DNA of 26,472 nucleotides. Origin: Vibrio cholerae ATCC 14035 (GTDB lineage Bacteria; Pseudomonadota; Gammaproteobacteria; Enterobacterales; Vibrionaceae). Both the position numbers and the translations under genes were made by a program. The notes below the pieces were generated by a model, which made no database searches, had not been told where the DNA came from, and was given only the letters and a program-made list of their open reading frames with translations. The stretch spans positions 1-26,472 of the forward strand of contig NZ_JHXR01000010.1 in NCBI RefSeq assembly GCF_000621645.1, given 5' to 3'. This document shows positions 16,501 to 26,472 of this stretch, in pieces (the stretch's first letter is position 1; every line of letters starts with the position of its first letter).

Positions 16501-17709
16501 TTATAGCGAGATGAAAATCCCCGCTAAGCAAGCGCTCATTAGGTTGGCTAAAGTGCCAGCAATGACCGCTTTAATGCCTAGGTTCGCCACTTCCGAGCGG
16601 CGCTCAGGGGCTATCACGCCAATGGAGCCCAATTGGATCGCGATAGAGCCAATGTTGGCAAAGCCACACAATGCAAACGTGATGATGACTTGGCTATGCT
16701 CAGAAAGCAGCGCTTTATGCTCAACAAAGTCAATGAAAGCGACAAATTCGTTCATCACCACTTTCTGACCGATGTAGGAACCTGCCGCCAGCACTTCGTG
16801 ACTTGGAATGCCAATCACCCATGCCAGTGGAGCAAACAGATAACCGAACATGGCTTGTAAGGTAATGCCGCTAAACCCAACCAGATCGCCCAGATTTTCA
16901 AGGCCAGTGTTGACCATAGCGATCACGCTGACGAACGCAATCAACATAGTGCCCACTGCAACGGCGACTTTCATACCATTCATTGCACCGCTAGCGAGAG
17001 CATCAATCAAGTTGCTGTCTTGCGCTTTATCCAACTCGACTTGGCTTTGATCGATTGGCACACCACGCTCAGGAACAATGATTTTCGCCATCATTAAACT
17101 GCCCGGCGCCGCCATGAAACTCGCTGCAATCAAGTATTTCAGCTCAACCCCTAAACCTGCGTAACCCCCCAGCACTGAGCCTGCTATCGATGCCATACCG
17201 CCCGCCATGACCGCAAACAGTTCGGAGCGTGTCATATTGGCAAGGAAGGGGCGCACCAAAAGTGGCGATTCGCCTTGTGATAGGAAAATATTGCCTGTCG
17301 CGACCAGTGATTCCGCCTTACTGGTGCCTAAGAAGCGTTGAATGCCACCGCCGATCAGGGCGATCACTTTTTGCATCACACCGAGGTAATAAAGGGCAGA
17401 AATCAGCGCACTGAAGAAGATGATGATAGGTAATACACGAACAGCAAAAATAAAGCCCGTATCGGCAAGATCACCAAACAGAAAGCGAATGCCGACATCG
17501 GCAAAACCGAGCAAACCAGAAACCCCATTACTCAAGCTGCTTAGCGCGGTTTGCCCCAATGGGAAATAAAGCACAAGAGCCGCAAAACCAATTTGCAACA
17601 ACAAGGCTCGGGAAATGGTTTTCCAATTAATCGCACTGCGGCTTTCAGAGAGCAGATACGCGCATAAGATCAGTACCGTAACACCGATGATTCCAAACAA
17701 AATCGCCAT
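16501..17709 (-). CDS. nupC: Concentrative nucleoside transporter, NupC/CNT family
   Basis: 402-aa polytopic membrane protein with CNT-family motifs (GNIFLSQGESPLL, MAGGMASIAGSVLGGY, CGFANIGSIAIQLG). Confidence 0.9.
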   Translation of the reverse strand: MAILFGIIGVTVLILCAYLLSESRSAINWKTISRALLLQIGFAALVLYFPLGQTALSSLSNGVSGLLGFADVGIRFLFGDLADTGFIFAVRVLPIIIFFSALISALYYLGVMQKVIALIGGGIQRFLGTSKAESLVATGNIFLSQGESPLLVRPFLANMTRSELFAVMAGGMASIAGSVLGGYAGLGVELKYLIAASFMAAPGSLMMAKIIVPERGVPIDQSQVELDKAQDSNLIDALASGAMNGMKVAVAVGTMLIAFVSVIAMVNTGLENLGDLVGFSGITLQAMFGYLFAPLAWVIGIPSHEVLAAGSYIGQKVVMNEFVAFIDFVEHKALLSEHSQVIITFALCGFANIGSIAIQLGSIGVIAPERRSEVANLGIKAVIAGTLANLMSACLAGIFISL

Positions 17710-18208
17710 AATTTACCTAGAAAAATGTGAGTAAAAACAGGGAAACCCATGGCTTGATCAGTGTGTAGGCAGAGGCAACCTCAAAAGGAGGGAATAAAGT
17801 TTTATTGCTCACAGGCCATCAACATCAACAGATACAAGCTGGGAAATAGCTGGTCCTGTCCTTGGGGTCATTCACATTTCCTTGTGACGGCTTGTACTGG
17901 CAGAGCAACCGGCTCTTAGCCGGGCGCAAAGTATAACGATAAAAAAATGAGTTTCATCACATTTTTTCGCGCAAACGTTTATTTCGGGTATTTTTTATCT
18001 CATCGCTCACTAGGCGTGCAGCGCTTTACAAAAATGGCTCTTTATCATGACAGTTCAAGAACTTGTTACTTATTGAATGGAACACATATCACAAAGTTGC
18101 ATTCTTTTATCGATTGGTCGAAAAACAAGCTGGCATAAAAGTGCGAAGCAGCCTAGCTTTAATGCAATTTGATTATTCTGAATAACCATTACTAACAACG
18201 TCAGTGTC

Positions 18209-18248
18209 AACGCCTCACGTGTTTCAAAGAAGCCGTGAGGCGTTTTTT
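18209..18248 (+). terminator. Orphan plus-strand rho-independent terminator with no annotated upstream gene
   Basis: Stem ACGCCTCACG (18210-18219) / CGTGAGGCGT (18234-18243) with a 14-nt loop, followed by TTTTTT. The reverse strand has no U-tail. Confidence 0.65.
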
Positions 18249-18253
18249 CAGCG

Positions 18254-18326
18254 CTATCCCCATGACTCGGAGTTGCAAGTCACGCACACCGTCACTCGCT
18301 GTACATTTAATCAGAAAGCCTATACT
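18254..18326. repeat. Possible degenerate short-form ERIC-like remnant
   Basis: CTATCCCCATGACTCGGAGTTGCAAGT resembles the ERIC end ATACCCAAACCACTTGGAGTTGCAGGT, and an ACACCG core follows. Similarity decays quickly and was judged by eye only. Confidence 0.25.
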
Positions 18327-18355
18327 TTTCATCAGCACTGATTAAGGAGGAAACG

Positions 18356-19009
18356 ATGCACAAGCTAACGATAGATCTTGTCTCAGACATCGTCTGCCCT
18401 TGGTGCGTGATTGGCTATTTTAGATTGCGCCATGCCCTCGCCCGGCTGCCAGAGGTCGATGTCACACTCAGGTGGCATCCTTATGAACTGAACCCAAGGT
18501 TAGCTATGGGCGGCGAGAACCTGCGCGAGCACCTGAATAAAAAATATGGCACCAGCCTTGAGGCGAGTCAGCAAGCACGTAAAACGCTGACTGAGCTTGG
18601 AAACGACGTGGGATTTGCGTTTCACTTTTTTGATGGAATGCGCATCTACAACACGCGCAAAGCCCACCAGTTACTGCTGTGGGCTCATCAGCAAGACAAG
18701 CAGTTGCCTCTCACCTTAGCCCTCTGGTCAGCCTACTTTCAGCAAGGCAAAGCGATAGATGAGGATAAGGTACTGCTGGAAATCGCGCAGACGGTGGGTT
18801 TAGACCGTACAGCCTGCCAACAGATCCTCGCCGATGAATCATGGGCGAACGCAGTAGCCAATACTGAGCAACAGTGGCTACAAGCAGGCATTCATGCCGT
18901 GCCGACCTTGATCATTGAGCAGAAATATTTAATCTCAGGCGCACAAACCAGCGATATTTTGCTGGATGTATTGCAGCGCCTGACCACAAAAACGGATCGC
19001 GAGCACTAA
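18356..19009 (+). CDS. DsbA-family thiol oxidoreductase (FrnE / 2-hydroxychromene-2-carboxylate isomerase-like)
   Basis: 217 aa with a strong SD (TAAGGAGG), the N-terminal thioredoxin-fold active site DIVCPWC, and the C-terminal VPTLII motif typical of PF01323-type proteins. Confidence 0.85.
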   Translation: MHKLTIDLVSDIVCPWCVIGYFRLRHALARLPEVDVTLRWHPYELNPRLAMGGENLREHLNKKYGTSLEASQQARKTLTELGNDVGFAFHFFDGMRIYNTRKAHQLLLWAHQQDKQLPLTLALWSAYFQQGKAIDEDKVLLEIAQTVGLDRTACQQILADESWANAVANTEQQWLQAGIHAVPTLIIEQKYLISGAQTSDILLDVLQRLTTKTDREH

Positions 19010-19089
19010 GCGCCTCTCACTTTCACTTCAACGGCTTGAGCGGAAACCTCACGTTGAGAAGCATGGCGCAGAACACAAATATTATGAAT

Positions 19090-19214
19090 ATACCCTTCCT
19101 ACTTGAAGCTGCAGCGGTGTTGGCTACGTTCGTTCATCCCAATACATAGTCTATCTATGCTCATGGGGACTTACTCACTTGCCGCCTACCTGCAACTCCA
19201 AGTGGTTTGGGTAT
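19090..19214 (+). repeat. ERIC/IRU-like imperfect palindromic intergenic repeat (copy B)
   Basis: 125 bp from ATACCC... to ...GGGTAT between convergent genes. Its internal blocks (ACTTGAAGCTGCAGCGGTGTTGGCT, ACTCACTTGCCGCCTACCTGCAACTC) match the ERIC consensus as remembered and copy A at 1611-1747. Confidence 0.8.
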
Positions 19215-19230
19215 AGGACAAGCCGATAAA

Positions 19231-19255
19231 CATCGAGCCGCAAAGCGGCTCGATG
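19231..19255 (-). terminator. Strong hairpin after the 67-aa ORF
   Basis: Perfect 11-bp stem CATCGAGCCGC (19231-19241) / GCGGCTCGATG (19245-19255) with a 3-nt loop. The minus-strand tail UUUAUCGG is only a weak U-tract. Confidence 0.5.
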
Positions 19256-19284
19256 ATGACGTCTGGACTAACTCGGTACCCACC

Positions 19285-19488
19285 TTAGTGAATAGGCGTT
19301 TCCGTTTTCGCGTAATACTGACCAAAATAGGCTTCAAGCACTTCTGGGGTCAATTTGCCTTCGGCTTCCAACTGTTTGAGTTTTTCTGCAATCGCTTTTT
19401 GCTCATCCAGACTGGGCAGTTGCGTTTCTGGCTCTTCTGCAACTTGCTGAGACATCAACTCCAGCTCTTTTTCGAAATCGTTCATCAC
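19285..19488 (-). CDS. Small acidic helical protein, hypothetical
   Basis: The 67-aa ORF has SD AGGTAAAGAG upstream and a protein-like acidic composition (EKELELMSQQVAEEPE...). The overlapping plus-strand ORF 19207-19548 is Phe/Leu-rich antisense noise. Confidence 0.45.
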   Translation of the reverse strand: MMNDFEKELELMSQQVAEEPETQLPSLDEQKAIAEKLKQLEAEGKLTPEVLEAYFGQYYAKTETPIH

Positions 19489-19544
19489 TCTTTACCTACT
19501 TGGTTTTTACTGGCCGGAAGTGTAACGAACTCCCGGCAAGGTTT

Positions 19545-21461
19545 CTAGAGTTTAAAGTTGCCCACCAACTTATCTAAACGGCCAGAGAGTTCACGCAATG
19601 ATTTGCTCGCATCAGCCAGCTCTTCTGCCGTTGAAGTGGTCACTTCATTAATCGCGTTAATCTCTTCGATATTTTGGTTAATGGTGTGTACAACGGTCGA
19701 TTGCTCTTCGGTTGCTGTAGCGACTTGTGTGTTGCGATCTGAAATATCGTGGATTCGATCCGAAATACTCATCAGCACCTGTACTGCCTCATCAGAAGCG
19801 GCAACCCCTTGATGAGTCACCGTTTTACCCGCATCCATTGCCGATACAGCATTCTTAGCATCATTTTGCAGCTGGTTAATCATCTTCTGAATTTCTTCCG
19901 TCGAGGATGCCGTACGACTCGCTAAGTTACGCACTTCATCGGCCACCACCGCAAAACCGCGGCCTTGATCGCCAGCACGGGCGGCTTCAATCGCCGCGTT
20001 CAGTGCCAGCAAGTTGGTTTGCTCTGAAATACCGCGGATCGCATCCAAAATCGACCCAATCTCTTGAGTGGTCGACGCCAATTGCTCCACCACTTTGCCC
20101 GTGTTTTCAATATCGTGAGCTAAGCGGCTGATCGCCTCTTTGGCTTTATTGACGACATTACGCCCTTGATCCGCATTACCAGACGCTTGATTCGCCGTTT
20201 CGGCTGCGGTCGCCGCATTAGAAGCGATTTCACTGATCGTCGCCCCCATTTGGTTAATGGCGGTAACCACTTGGATCGTTTGGTCGCGCTGCTGCTGGCT
20301 ATTATCGTGGGTGACTAACGCTTTGCGCGATACCCCTTCGGCAGCCACTTGCAACTCACGGCTGGTTTGGGCAACGTCTTTTATCGATTGATGGATCTTC
20401 TCAATAAAGCCATTAAAGCCTTTGGAAAGCTGAGCGATTTCATCATTGCCTTTCACTTCAATACGCTGCGAGAGATCACCATCCCCTCTGCCCAAATCGG
20501 TAAAGCGTTTGGCAATCTGATTGATCGGCATAGCGATACTGTTAGCCAGGAAAATCCCCATAAAAATAAAGATGGCAGCTACCGCCAGCGTCGTGAGCAT
20601 CATACGCTGTGCTACGGCATCCAATTCCGCAAACACCTCATGCACAGGCACGGTACCGACCAAGAACCAGTCCATGCTCTCGATGTAAATGCTCGCTACC
20701 ATCACTTCTTCACCTTGATAGTCCGTCGAAATCAAGTTGAAGCCGGATTTGTTCAGCAGCGCACTCGCCCCTGAACCATAAATTTGCTGCAAGCTCGATT
20801 TCACTTGCTCTTTCTGCCGATGGATTTGTACCTCACCCTGTGCATTGGTCAAAAACACAAAACCGGTGTCTTCGATTTTAAAACTGTTAAGCAGACGCAC
20901 CATGTCATCCATCGACTTAGACATACCAGACATGGTATTGCCATTCACCAACTGGTAGTTGGCAAACATTTTGACTTCGCCATTCGCCTCTTGGAACATG
21001 CTGACCATGGTCGGCTTTCCTGAGCCGATAAAGCCAAAAAACCACCCGTCTTGCTGCTGATTCAGCTCGCGCAGAAAACCGTTTTGGTTCCAGTAATACG
21101 CCGTTTTTCGGTTGGCTACCGACGCATCATTCAGGCGGTATTGATCGCGTAAGTTGTTCAACTGCTTCACTAATAACGCTTCTGTTGCCGGATCTCTTTC
21201 TGTGGTAGCAATCGCTTGCTGCACAAACTCATTGCTGGCAATTTGCCGAGCAGAAGCAAGCAGTTGTAGCACTTCATGGTCAATATCGCTTTTAATCAAC
21301 TTCAAAATATTGGGCAGTTCTAAATCGACTAAGCGATGCTCTAGCACCTCTCGCGCTTGGCGCTGTGCCATCACACCCACAATCAGGGTGGATGCCAGTA
21401 CGGCGAGAGTGACCCCTAACACAACCTTTTGCTTAATACTCATCTGATGCAGTTTGAACAT
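19545..21461 (-). CDS. Methyl-accepting chemotaxis protein (Cache-type periplasmic sensor, HAMP, MA domain)
   Basis: 638 aa with an N-terminal TM, a ~270-aa periplasmic domain, a second TM and HAMP. The conserved signalling hairpin is [35 protein letters not shown]. Confidence 0.92.
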   Translation of the reverse strand: MFKLHQMSIKQKVVLGVTLAVLASTLIVGVMAQRQAREVLEHRLVDLELPNILKLIKSDIDHEVLQLLASARQIASNEFVQQAIATTERDPATEALLVKQLNNLRDQYRLNDASVANRKTAYYWNQNGFLRELNQQQDGWFFGFIGSGKPTMVSMFQEANGEVKMFANYQLVNGNTMSGMSKSMDDMVRLLNSFKIEDTGFVFLTNAQGEVQIHRQKEQVKSSLQQIYGSGASALLNKSGFNLISTDYQGEEVMVASIYIESMDWFLVGTVPVHEVFAELDAVAQRMMLTTLAVAAIFIFMGIFLANSIAMPINQIAKRFTDLGRGDGDLSQRIEVKGNDEIAQLSKGFNGFIEKIHQSIKDVAQTSRELQVAAEGVSRKALVTHDNSQQQRDQTIQVVTAINQMGATISEIASNAATAAETANQASGNADQGRNVVNKAKEAISRLAHDIENTGKVVEQLASTTQEIGSILDAIRGISEQTNLLALNAAIEAARAGDQGRGFAVVADEVRNLASRTASSTEEIQKMINQLQNDAKNAVSAMDAGKTVTHQGVAASDEAVQVLMSISDRIHDISDRNTQVATATEEQSTVVHTINQNIEEINAINEVTTSTAEELADASKSLRELSGRLDKLVGNFKL

Positions 21462-21762
21462 ATTCTCCGCCTAATCATGGCTATCTACGAAACCTCTACA
21501 TTATCGACTTAAGATCACGCCACTTAAGAAAATTCTCACAAAACCCAGATTCAAAGTTGCTATACATCACACTTTCGACTGAAAATACCCAAGTGCTGTT
21601 TATAAATCGCTGCTTAGCATTCATTAAAATAGTCGCTTTTTATGTTCAACCACATACAAATGCGCATTTTTTCAACACCCATGCTGGCTGTGGGATTTTT
21701 TGTGGAACTTTCTGGATGTTACGCAACACTAATCGCTGAGAAATCTAGGAGTAGAAGTTTTC

Positions 21763-22719
21763 ATGTCGTTTCAATCCTTTCAAACTTTGCAGCACTACCT
21801 AAACCAACAAGTCATAGGTCAAACGGATTTAATCAACCAACTGCTGATTGCTCTGCTGGCTGATGGACATATTCTGGTGGAAGGCCCGCCGGGGCTGGCG
21901 AAAACACGTGCCGTCAAATCGCTGGCTGATTGTATTGAAGGTGATTTTCACCGCATTCAATTTACCCCTGACTTACTCCCAGCCGATCTAACCGGCAGCG
22001 ATGTGTATCGTCCAGAAACGGGCGAATTTGTCTTTCAATCTGGCCCCATTTTTAATGCCTTGGTGCTGGCCGATGAGATAAACCGTGCCCCAGCGAAAGT
22101 GCAGGCGGCAATGCTCGAAGCGATGGCGGAGAAACAGATTTCTGCAGGCCGTAAAACCTATCGTTTACCTGAGCTTTTTTTGGTGATGGCTACCCAAAAC
22201 CCGATTGAGCAAGAGGGGACTTATCCGCTTCCAGAAGCTCAGCTCGACCGCTTTTTACTGCATTTAGAGGTGAACTACCCCAATGCAGAAGATGAGTTGG
22301 CAATTTTGCGCCTCAACCGAGGTGAGGCAAAAGGACAACAAGCCATCAATAAACCTTTGCTAACCCAGCAGCAGGTGTTTAGTGCTCGCCAAGAGGTGCT
22401 CAATGTGCATATGGCTGAAGCGATTGAAAACTACCTCGTACGACTGGTGATGGCGACGCGCCATCCTGCCAACTACGATGCCAAACTGGCACAATGGCTG
22501 ACGATGGGAGTCAGCCCACGCGCGACGATTGCGCTGGATCGCTGCGCCCGTGCTCACGCTTGGTTACAAGGACGCGATTTTGTCACGCCGGATGATGTAC
22601 AAGTAATGGCATTCTCTGTGCTGCGCCATCGACTGTTGCTCAGCTATCAGGCGCAAGCGGAAGGAATTCACCCAAATAAAATCATCTCGCACCTGTTGTC
22701 ACTGGTTGGTAGTGCATAA
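21763..22719 (+). CDS. MoxR-family AAA+ ATPase
   Basis: 318 aa with Walker A GPPGLAKT, Walker B LADEINRA and the MoxR signature ATQNPIEQEGTYPLPEAQLDRF. SD AGGAG lies upstream. Confidence 0.92.
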   Translation: MSFQSFQTLQHYLNQQVIGQTDLINQLLIALLADGHILVEGPPGLAKTRAVKSLADCIEGDFHRIQFTPDLLPADLTGSDVYRPETGEFVFQSGPIFNALVLADEINRAPAKVQAAMLEAMAEKQISAGRKTYRLPELFLVMATQNPIEQEGTYPLPEAQLDRFLLHLEVNYPNAEDELAILRLNRGEAKGQQAINKPLLTQQQVFSARQEVLNVHMAEAIENYLVRLVMATRHPANYDAKLAQWLTMGVSPRATIALDRCARAHAWLQGRDFVTPDDVQVMAFSVLRHRLLLSYQAQAEGIHPNKIISHLLSLVGSA

Positions 22720-22722
22720 ATC

Positions 22723-23655
22723 ATGACGATGCCACACGCCCTCCCCTTACATGCCAATGGGGTGTCTTTGTGTTTGGAGGAGTTGCTCGCTTATGAGCAG
22801 CAGACCGTGCATTTTTTACCCCCAGCACGTCAAATTTGGTCACAGCGCGTCGGTCAGCATCAGAGTCGGCGTTTAGGACGTGGGATGGATTTCTCGGAAG
22901 TGCGCCAATATCAAGCGGGTGATGACATTCGTTCGATTGATTGGCGAGTCACCGCACGAACAGGTAAACCCCATACTAAGCTGTTCAGTGAAGAGCGCGA
23001 AAGAACGGTGGTGCTCTATATCGATCTCAGTCCCTCGATGCAGTTTGGCTCCTGTTTACTGCTGAAATCGGTGCAAGCGGCACATTTGGCAAGCTTGCTA
23101 AGCTGGCTTGCCGTGAAACAACAAGACCGAGTTGGCGCAGTGATTGATTTGGGGCATCGGCTGATCGAAATCAAACCCGGTAGCCGCCAGCGCGGCGTGC
23201 TTGCCATCTTAGCGGCATGCGTTGAAGCGCAGCATATTCCACCCACACAACCCACGACGCGCACACTGGCGCTGCATGATGTGCTCAGTACCCTTAACCG
23301 TTTGTGCCCAAAAGGCAGTGAAGTGGTGCTGATCAGCGATTTTGTCGATTTGGATACCGAGCAACACGCACTATCGCTGCGTCAACTCTGTCGCCATAAT
23401 CGCGTGCGGCTGGTACAGATTCATGATCCTTTAGAGCAAGGAGACACCTCATTTCGTGGTATTGAGCAAGTACAAAATAACCAAGAGACGCGCTGGCTCA
23501 ACTTTTCGATAAATAGTACGCGGGCAGGTATCAAAAAAGCCTTTGAAACTCAAAAAGAAAAACTAAAATCACTCTGTCTATTATTGGAAATGGACTACCG
23601 CTCAGTTTCAAGCGGGATACCTTTGCTGCAACAATTATCGGACCATAAGAAATGA
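22723..23655 (+). CDS. DUF58 protein (vWA-like fold, MoxR partner)
   Basis: 310 aa with the DUF58 signature GMDFSEVRQYQAGDDIRSIDWRVTART and a MIDAS-like DLSPS. It starts 3 nt after the moxR stop. Confidence 0.85.
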   Translation: MTMPHALPLHANGVSLCLEELLAYEQQTVHFLPPARQIWSQRVGQHQSRRLGRGMDFSEVRQYQAGDDIRSIDWRVTARTGKPHTKLFSEERERTVVLYIDLSPSMQFGSCLLLKSVQAAHLASLLSWLAVKQQDRVGAVIDLGHRLIEIKPGSRQRGVLAILAACVEAQHIPPTQPTTRTLALHDVLSTLNRLCPKGSEVVLISDFVDLDTEQHALSLRQLCRHNRVRLVQIHDPLEQGDTSFRGIEQVQNNQETRWLNFSINSTRAGIKKAFETQKEKLKSLCLLLEMDYRSVSSGIPLLQQLSDHKK

Positions 23656-24140
23656 AGGAATCGTCAACCACATCACTGGATCTCAACGGCCTACATCTGC
23701 CTGAACTCCCTAGCTGGTTTCCATTGGCTTGGGGATGGTGGGCAAGTTTAGCCGGCATTCTTATCGTGATGCTTATTATCGGATTGGCAGTGCGTTGGCA
23801 TCGCCGTCGGCTGGCCCCTAAAAAAACCGCATTACGCCTTTTGAGTTTGACAGTGACTCCGCAAACGCCCTCTTCTGCTATTGAATTGGTTCGTCAGGCG
23901 GCACTGTGCTACTACCCTCGCGAGGAGATTGCGCATTTAACCGGTAAAGATTGGTACGCCTTTTTAGATGCCCAAGTGGGCCATCCACTCTTCGTACCCA
24001 ACGAAACCTTGTGGCAGCAAGCCTTATACCAGAAACAAAAAGTGAACAATGCTGATGAGCTGGTTCACCACTGTTATCACTGGGTAGAAAGCGCCTTGCC
24101 GCCGAAAAAGCGGAGAAAATCAGGCATTGGCAAGTTTTGA
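23652..24140 (+). CDS. Single-TM membrane protein of Bat-type operons (DUF4381-like)
   Basis: 162 aa with a Trp-rich TM (WFPLAWGWWASLAGILIVMLIIGL) followed by a basic stretch. Its ATG overlaps the DUF58 stop (ATGA). The family name is from memory. Confidence 0.6.
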   Translation: MKESSTTSLDLNGLHLPELPSWFPLAWGWWASLAGILIVMLIIGLAVRWHRRRLAPKKTALRLLSLTVTPQTPSSAIELVRQAALCYYPREEIAHLTGKDWYAFLDAQVGHPLFVPNETLWQQALYQKQKVNNADELVHHCYHWVESALPPKKRRKSGIGKF

Positions 24141-25083
24141 GTTTATTTGGTGGTGGATGCTGTTTTTTCTACCACTGCCTTGGGTTATCTATTTTTTTAC
24201 TCCAGCCCTCAAACCTCGGGCGGCGATTAAGCTGCCCTACCTTCCCAGCACATCAGGTTCACGCCCCGCGACTTGGCTTCCTCGATTACTCGCGGTTGGT
24301 GTATGGTTTTTGCTGCTCACCGCTGCGGCAAGACCCGTGTGGTACGGAGATCCTATCAGCACCAGTACGTCACATCGCGACCTAATGCTGGTGGTCGACC
24401 TCTCCTACTCGATGAGTCAAGAGGATATGCAGTCCGGCCAGCAGATGGTGGATAGGTTAACTGCCGTCAAACAGGTATTGTCTGAATTTATCGCCAAGCG
24501 CGAAGGCGATCGCATCGGACTGATCCTATTTGCCGATCACGCCTATCTGCAAACGCCTTTGACGTTGGATAGACAAACCGTCGCTAACCAGCTTAATCAA
24601 GCGGTGCTTAAACTTATCGGCACTCAAACCGCGATTGGTGAAGGGATTGGACTCGCGACCAAAACCTTTATCGACAGTAATGCGCCGCAACGCGTGATGA
24701 TTTTGCTCAGTGATGGCAGCAATACCGCAGGAGTGCTTGACCCGCTTGAAGCCGCCAACATCGCCAAACAGTACCACACCACGATTTATACTGTCGGCGT
24801 CGGTGCAGGTGAAATGGTGGTCAAAGATTTTCTGTTCAGTCGTAAGGTGAATACCGCGCAAGATCTGGATGAAAAGACACTGCAAACCATCGCGACCACC
24901 ACAGGTGGACACTATTTCCGCGCCCGTAATCAACAAGATTTGCAAAACATCTATGACACCATTAACCAACTGGAGCCAATTAGCCAATCCAATCAAACTT
25001 GGCGCCCACAAACCGAGTGGTTTTTCTATCCACTGGGTTTGGCACTGCTGCTCTCGGTCATTTTGGTTATCGTGAGGAGATAA
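24127..25083 (+). CDS. VWA-domain membrane protein, BatA-like
   Basis: 318 aa with an N-terminal TM (FEFIWWWMLFFLPLPW), a vWA domain with MIDAS DLSYS, and a C-terminal TM. The TTG start at 24127 has GGAG upstream and overlaps the previous gene by 14 nt. The first ATG at 24157 would delete the conserved N-terminus. Confidence 0.85.
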   Translation: MASFEFIWWWMLFFLPLPWVIYFFTPALKPRAAIKLPYLPSTSGSRPATWLPRLLAVGVWFLLLTAAARPVWYGDPISTSTSHRDLMLVVDLSYSMSQEDMQSGQQMVDRLTAVKQVLSEFIAKREGDRIGLILFADHAYLQTPLTLDRQTVANQLNQAVLKLIGTQTAIGEGIGLATKTFIDSNAPQRVMILLSDGSNTAGVLDPLEAANIAKQYHTTIYTVGVGAGEMVVKDFLFSRKVNTAQDLDEKTLQTIATTTGGHYFRARNQQDLQNIYDTINQLEPISQSNQTWRPQTEWFFYPLGLALLLSVILVIVRR

Positions 25084-25084
25084 C

Positions 25085-26472
<1,388 letters not shown>

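Noticed and set aside
17947-18138. 63-aa ORF in the nupC/DsbA-like intergenic region
   Set aside because: It has no SD, an aromatic and low-complexity composition, and overlaps the putative regulatory motifs. I treat the region as non-coding.
19207-19548. 113-aa plus-strand ORF
   Set aside because: It starts inside the ERIC-like repeat, is Phe/Leu/Arg-rich, and is antisense to the better-supported 67-aa ORF.
20349-21447. Plus-strand ORFs of 79-141 aa inside the MCP gene
   Set aside because: They are antisense shadows of a confidently identified chemoreceptor.

Overview
This Vibrio-type gammaproteobacterial window reads as conserved chromosomal core rather than an accessory island. I support 25 CDSs and see no rRNA, tRNA, CRISPR array, integrase, transposase or phage genes. 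From memory, the gene order matches Vibrio cholerae chromosome II around VCA0197 to VCA0171, read in reverse; only BLAST can confirm that. The order is guaC, OMP, K+ channel, nhaC-family, ldhA, nnr, REC-CheC/PAS pair, arfA, csp, hmp-norR, MscS-like, pepT, nupC-family, DsbA-like, MCP, then a MoxR/DUF58/VWA operon ending in a (CAGCAA)n array. I found no convincing new defence or mobile system. The points most worth a second look are these. (1) A five-gene, translationally coupled MoxR-DUF58-DUF4381-VWA-VWA/TPR (Bat-like) operon has a last gene carrying an in-frame hexanucleotide VNTR that encodes poly-Gln and runs off the window. (2) An orphan REC-CheC-like response regulator is coupled to a stand-alone PAS protein, and its Shine-Dalgarno sequence is one arm of a perfect 10-bp long-range inverted repeat. 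(3) An arfA homologue, over-extended in the ORF track, has its stop codon inside a 13-bp hairpin. (4) The divergent hmp-norR region has a sigma-54 promoter and GT-N7-AC sites. (5) Two full ERIC/IRU-like imperfect palindromes lie in opposite orientation, one with a 12-bp tandem duplication. (6) The guaC leader has a near-consensus promoter feeding directly into a hairpin plus U7, with a 12-nt direct repeat. (7) An orphan plus-strand terminator and a long structured nupC leader have no annotated product. Most other ORF-track entries are antisense shadows of real genes.
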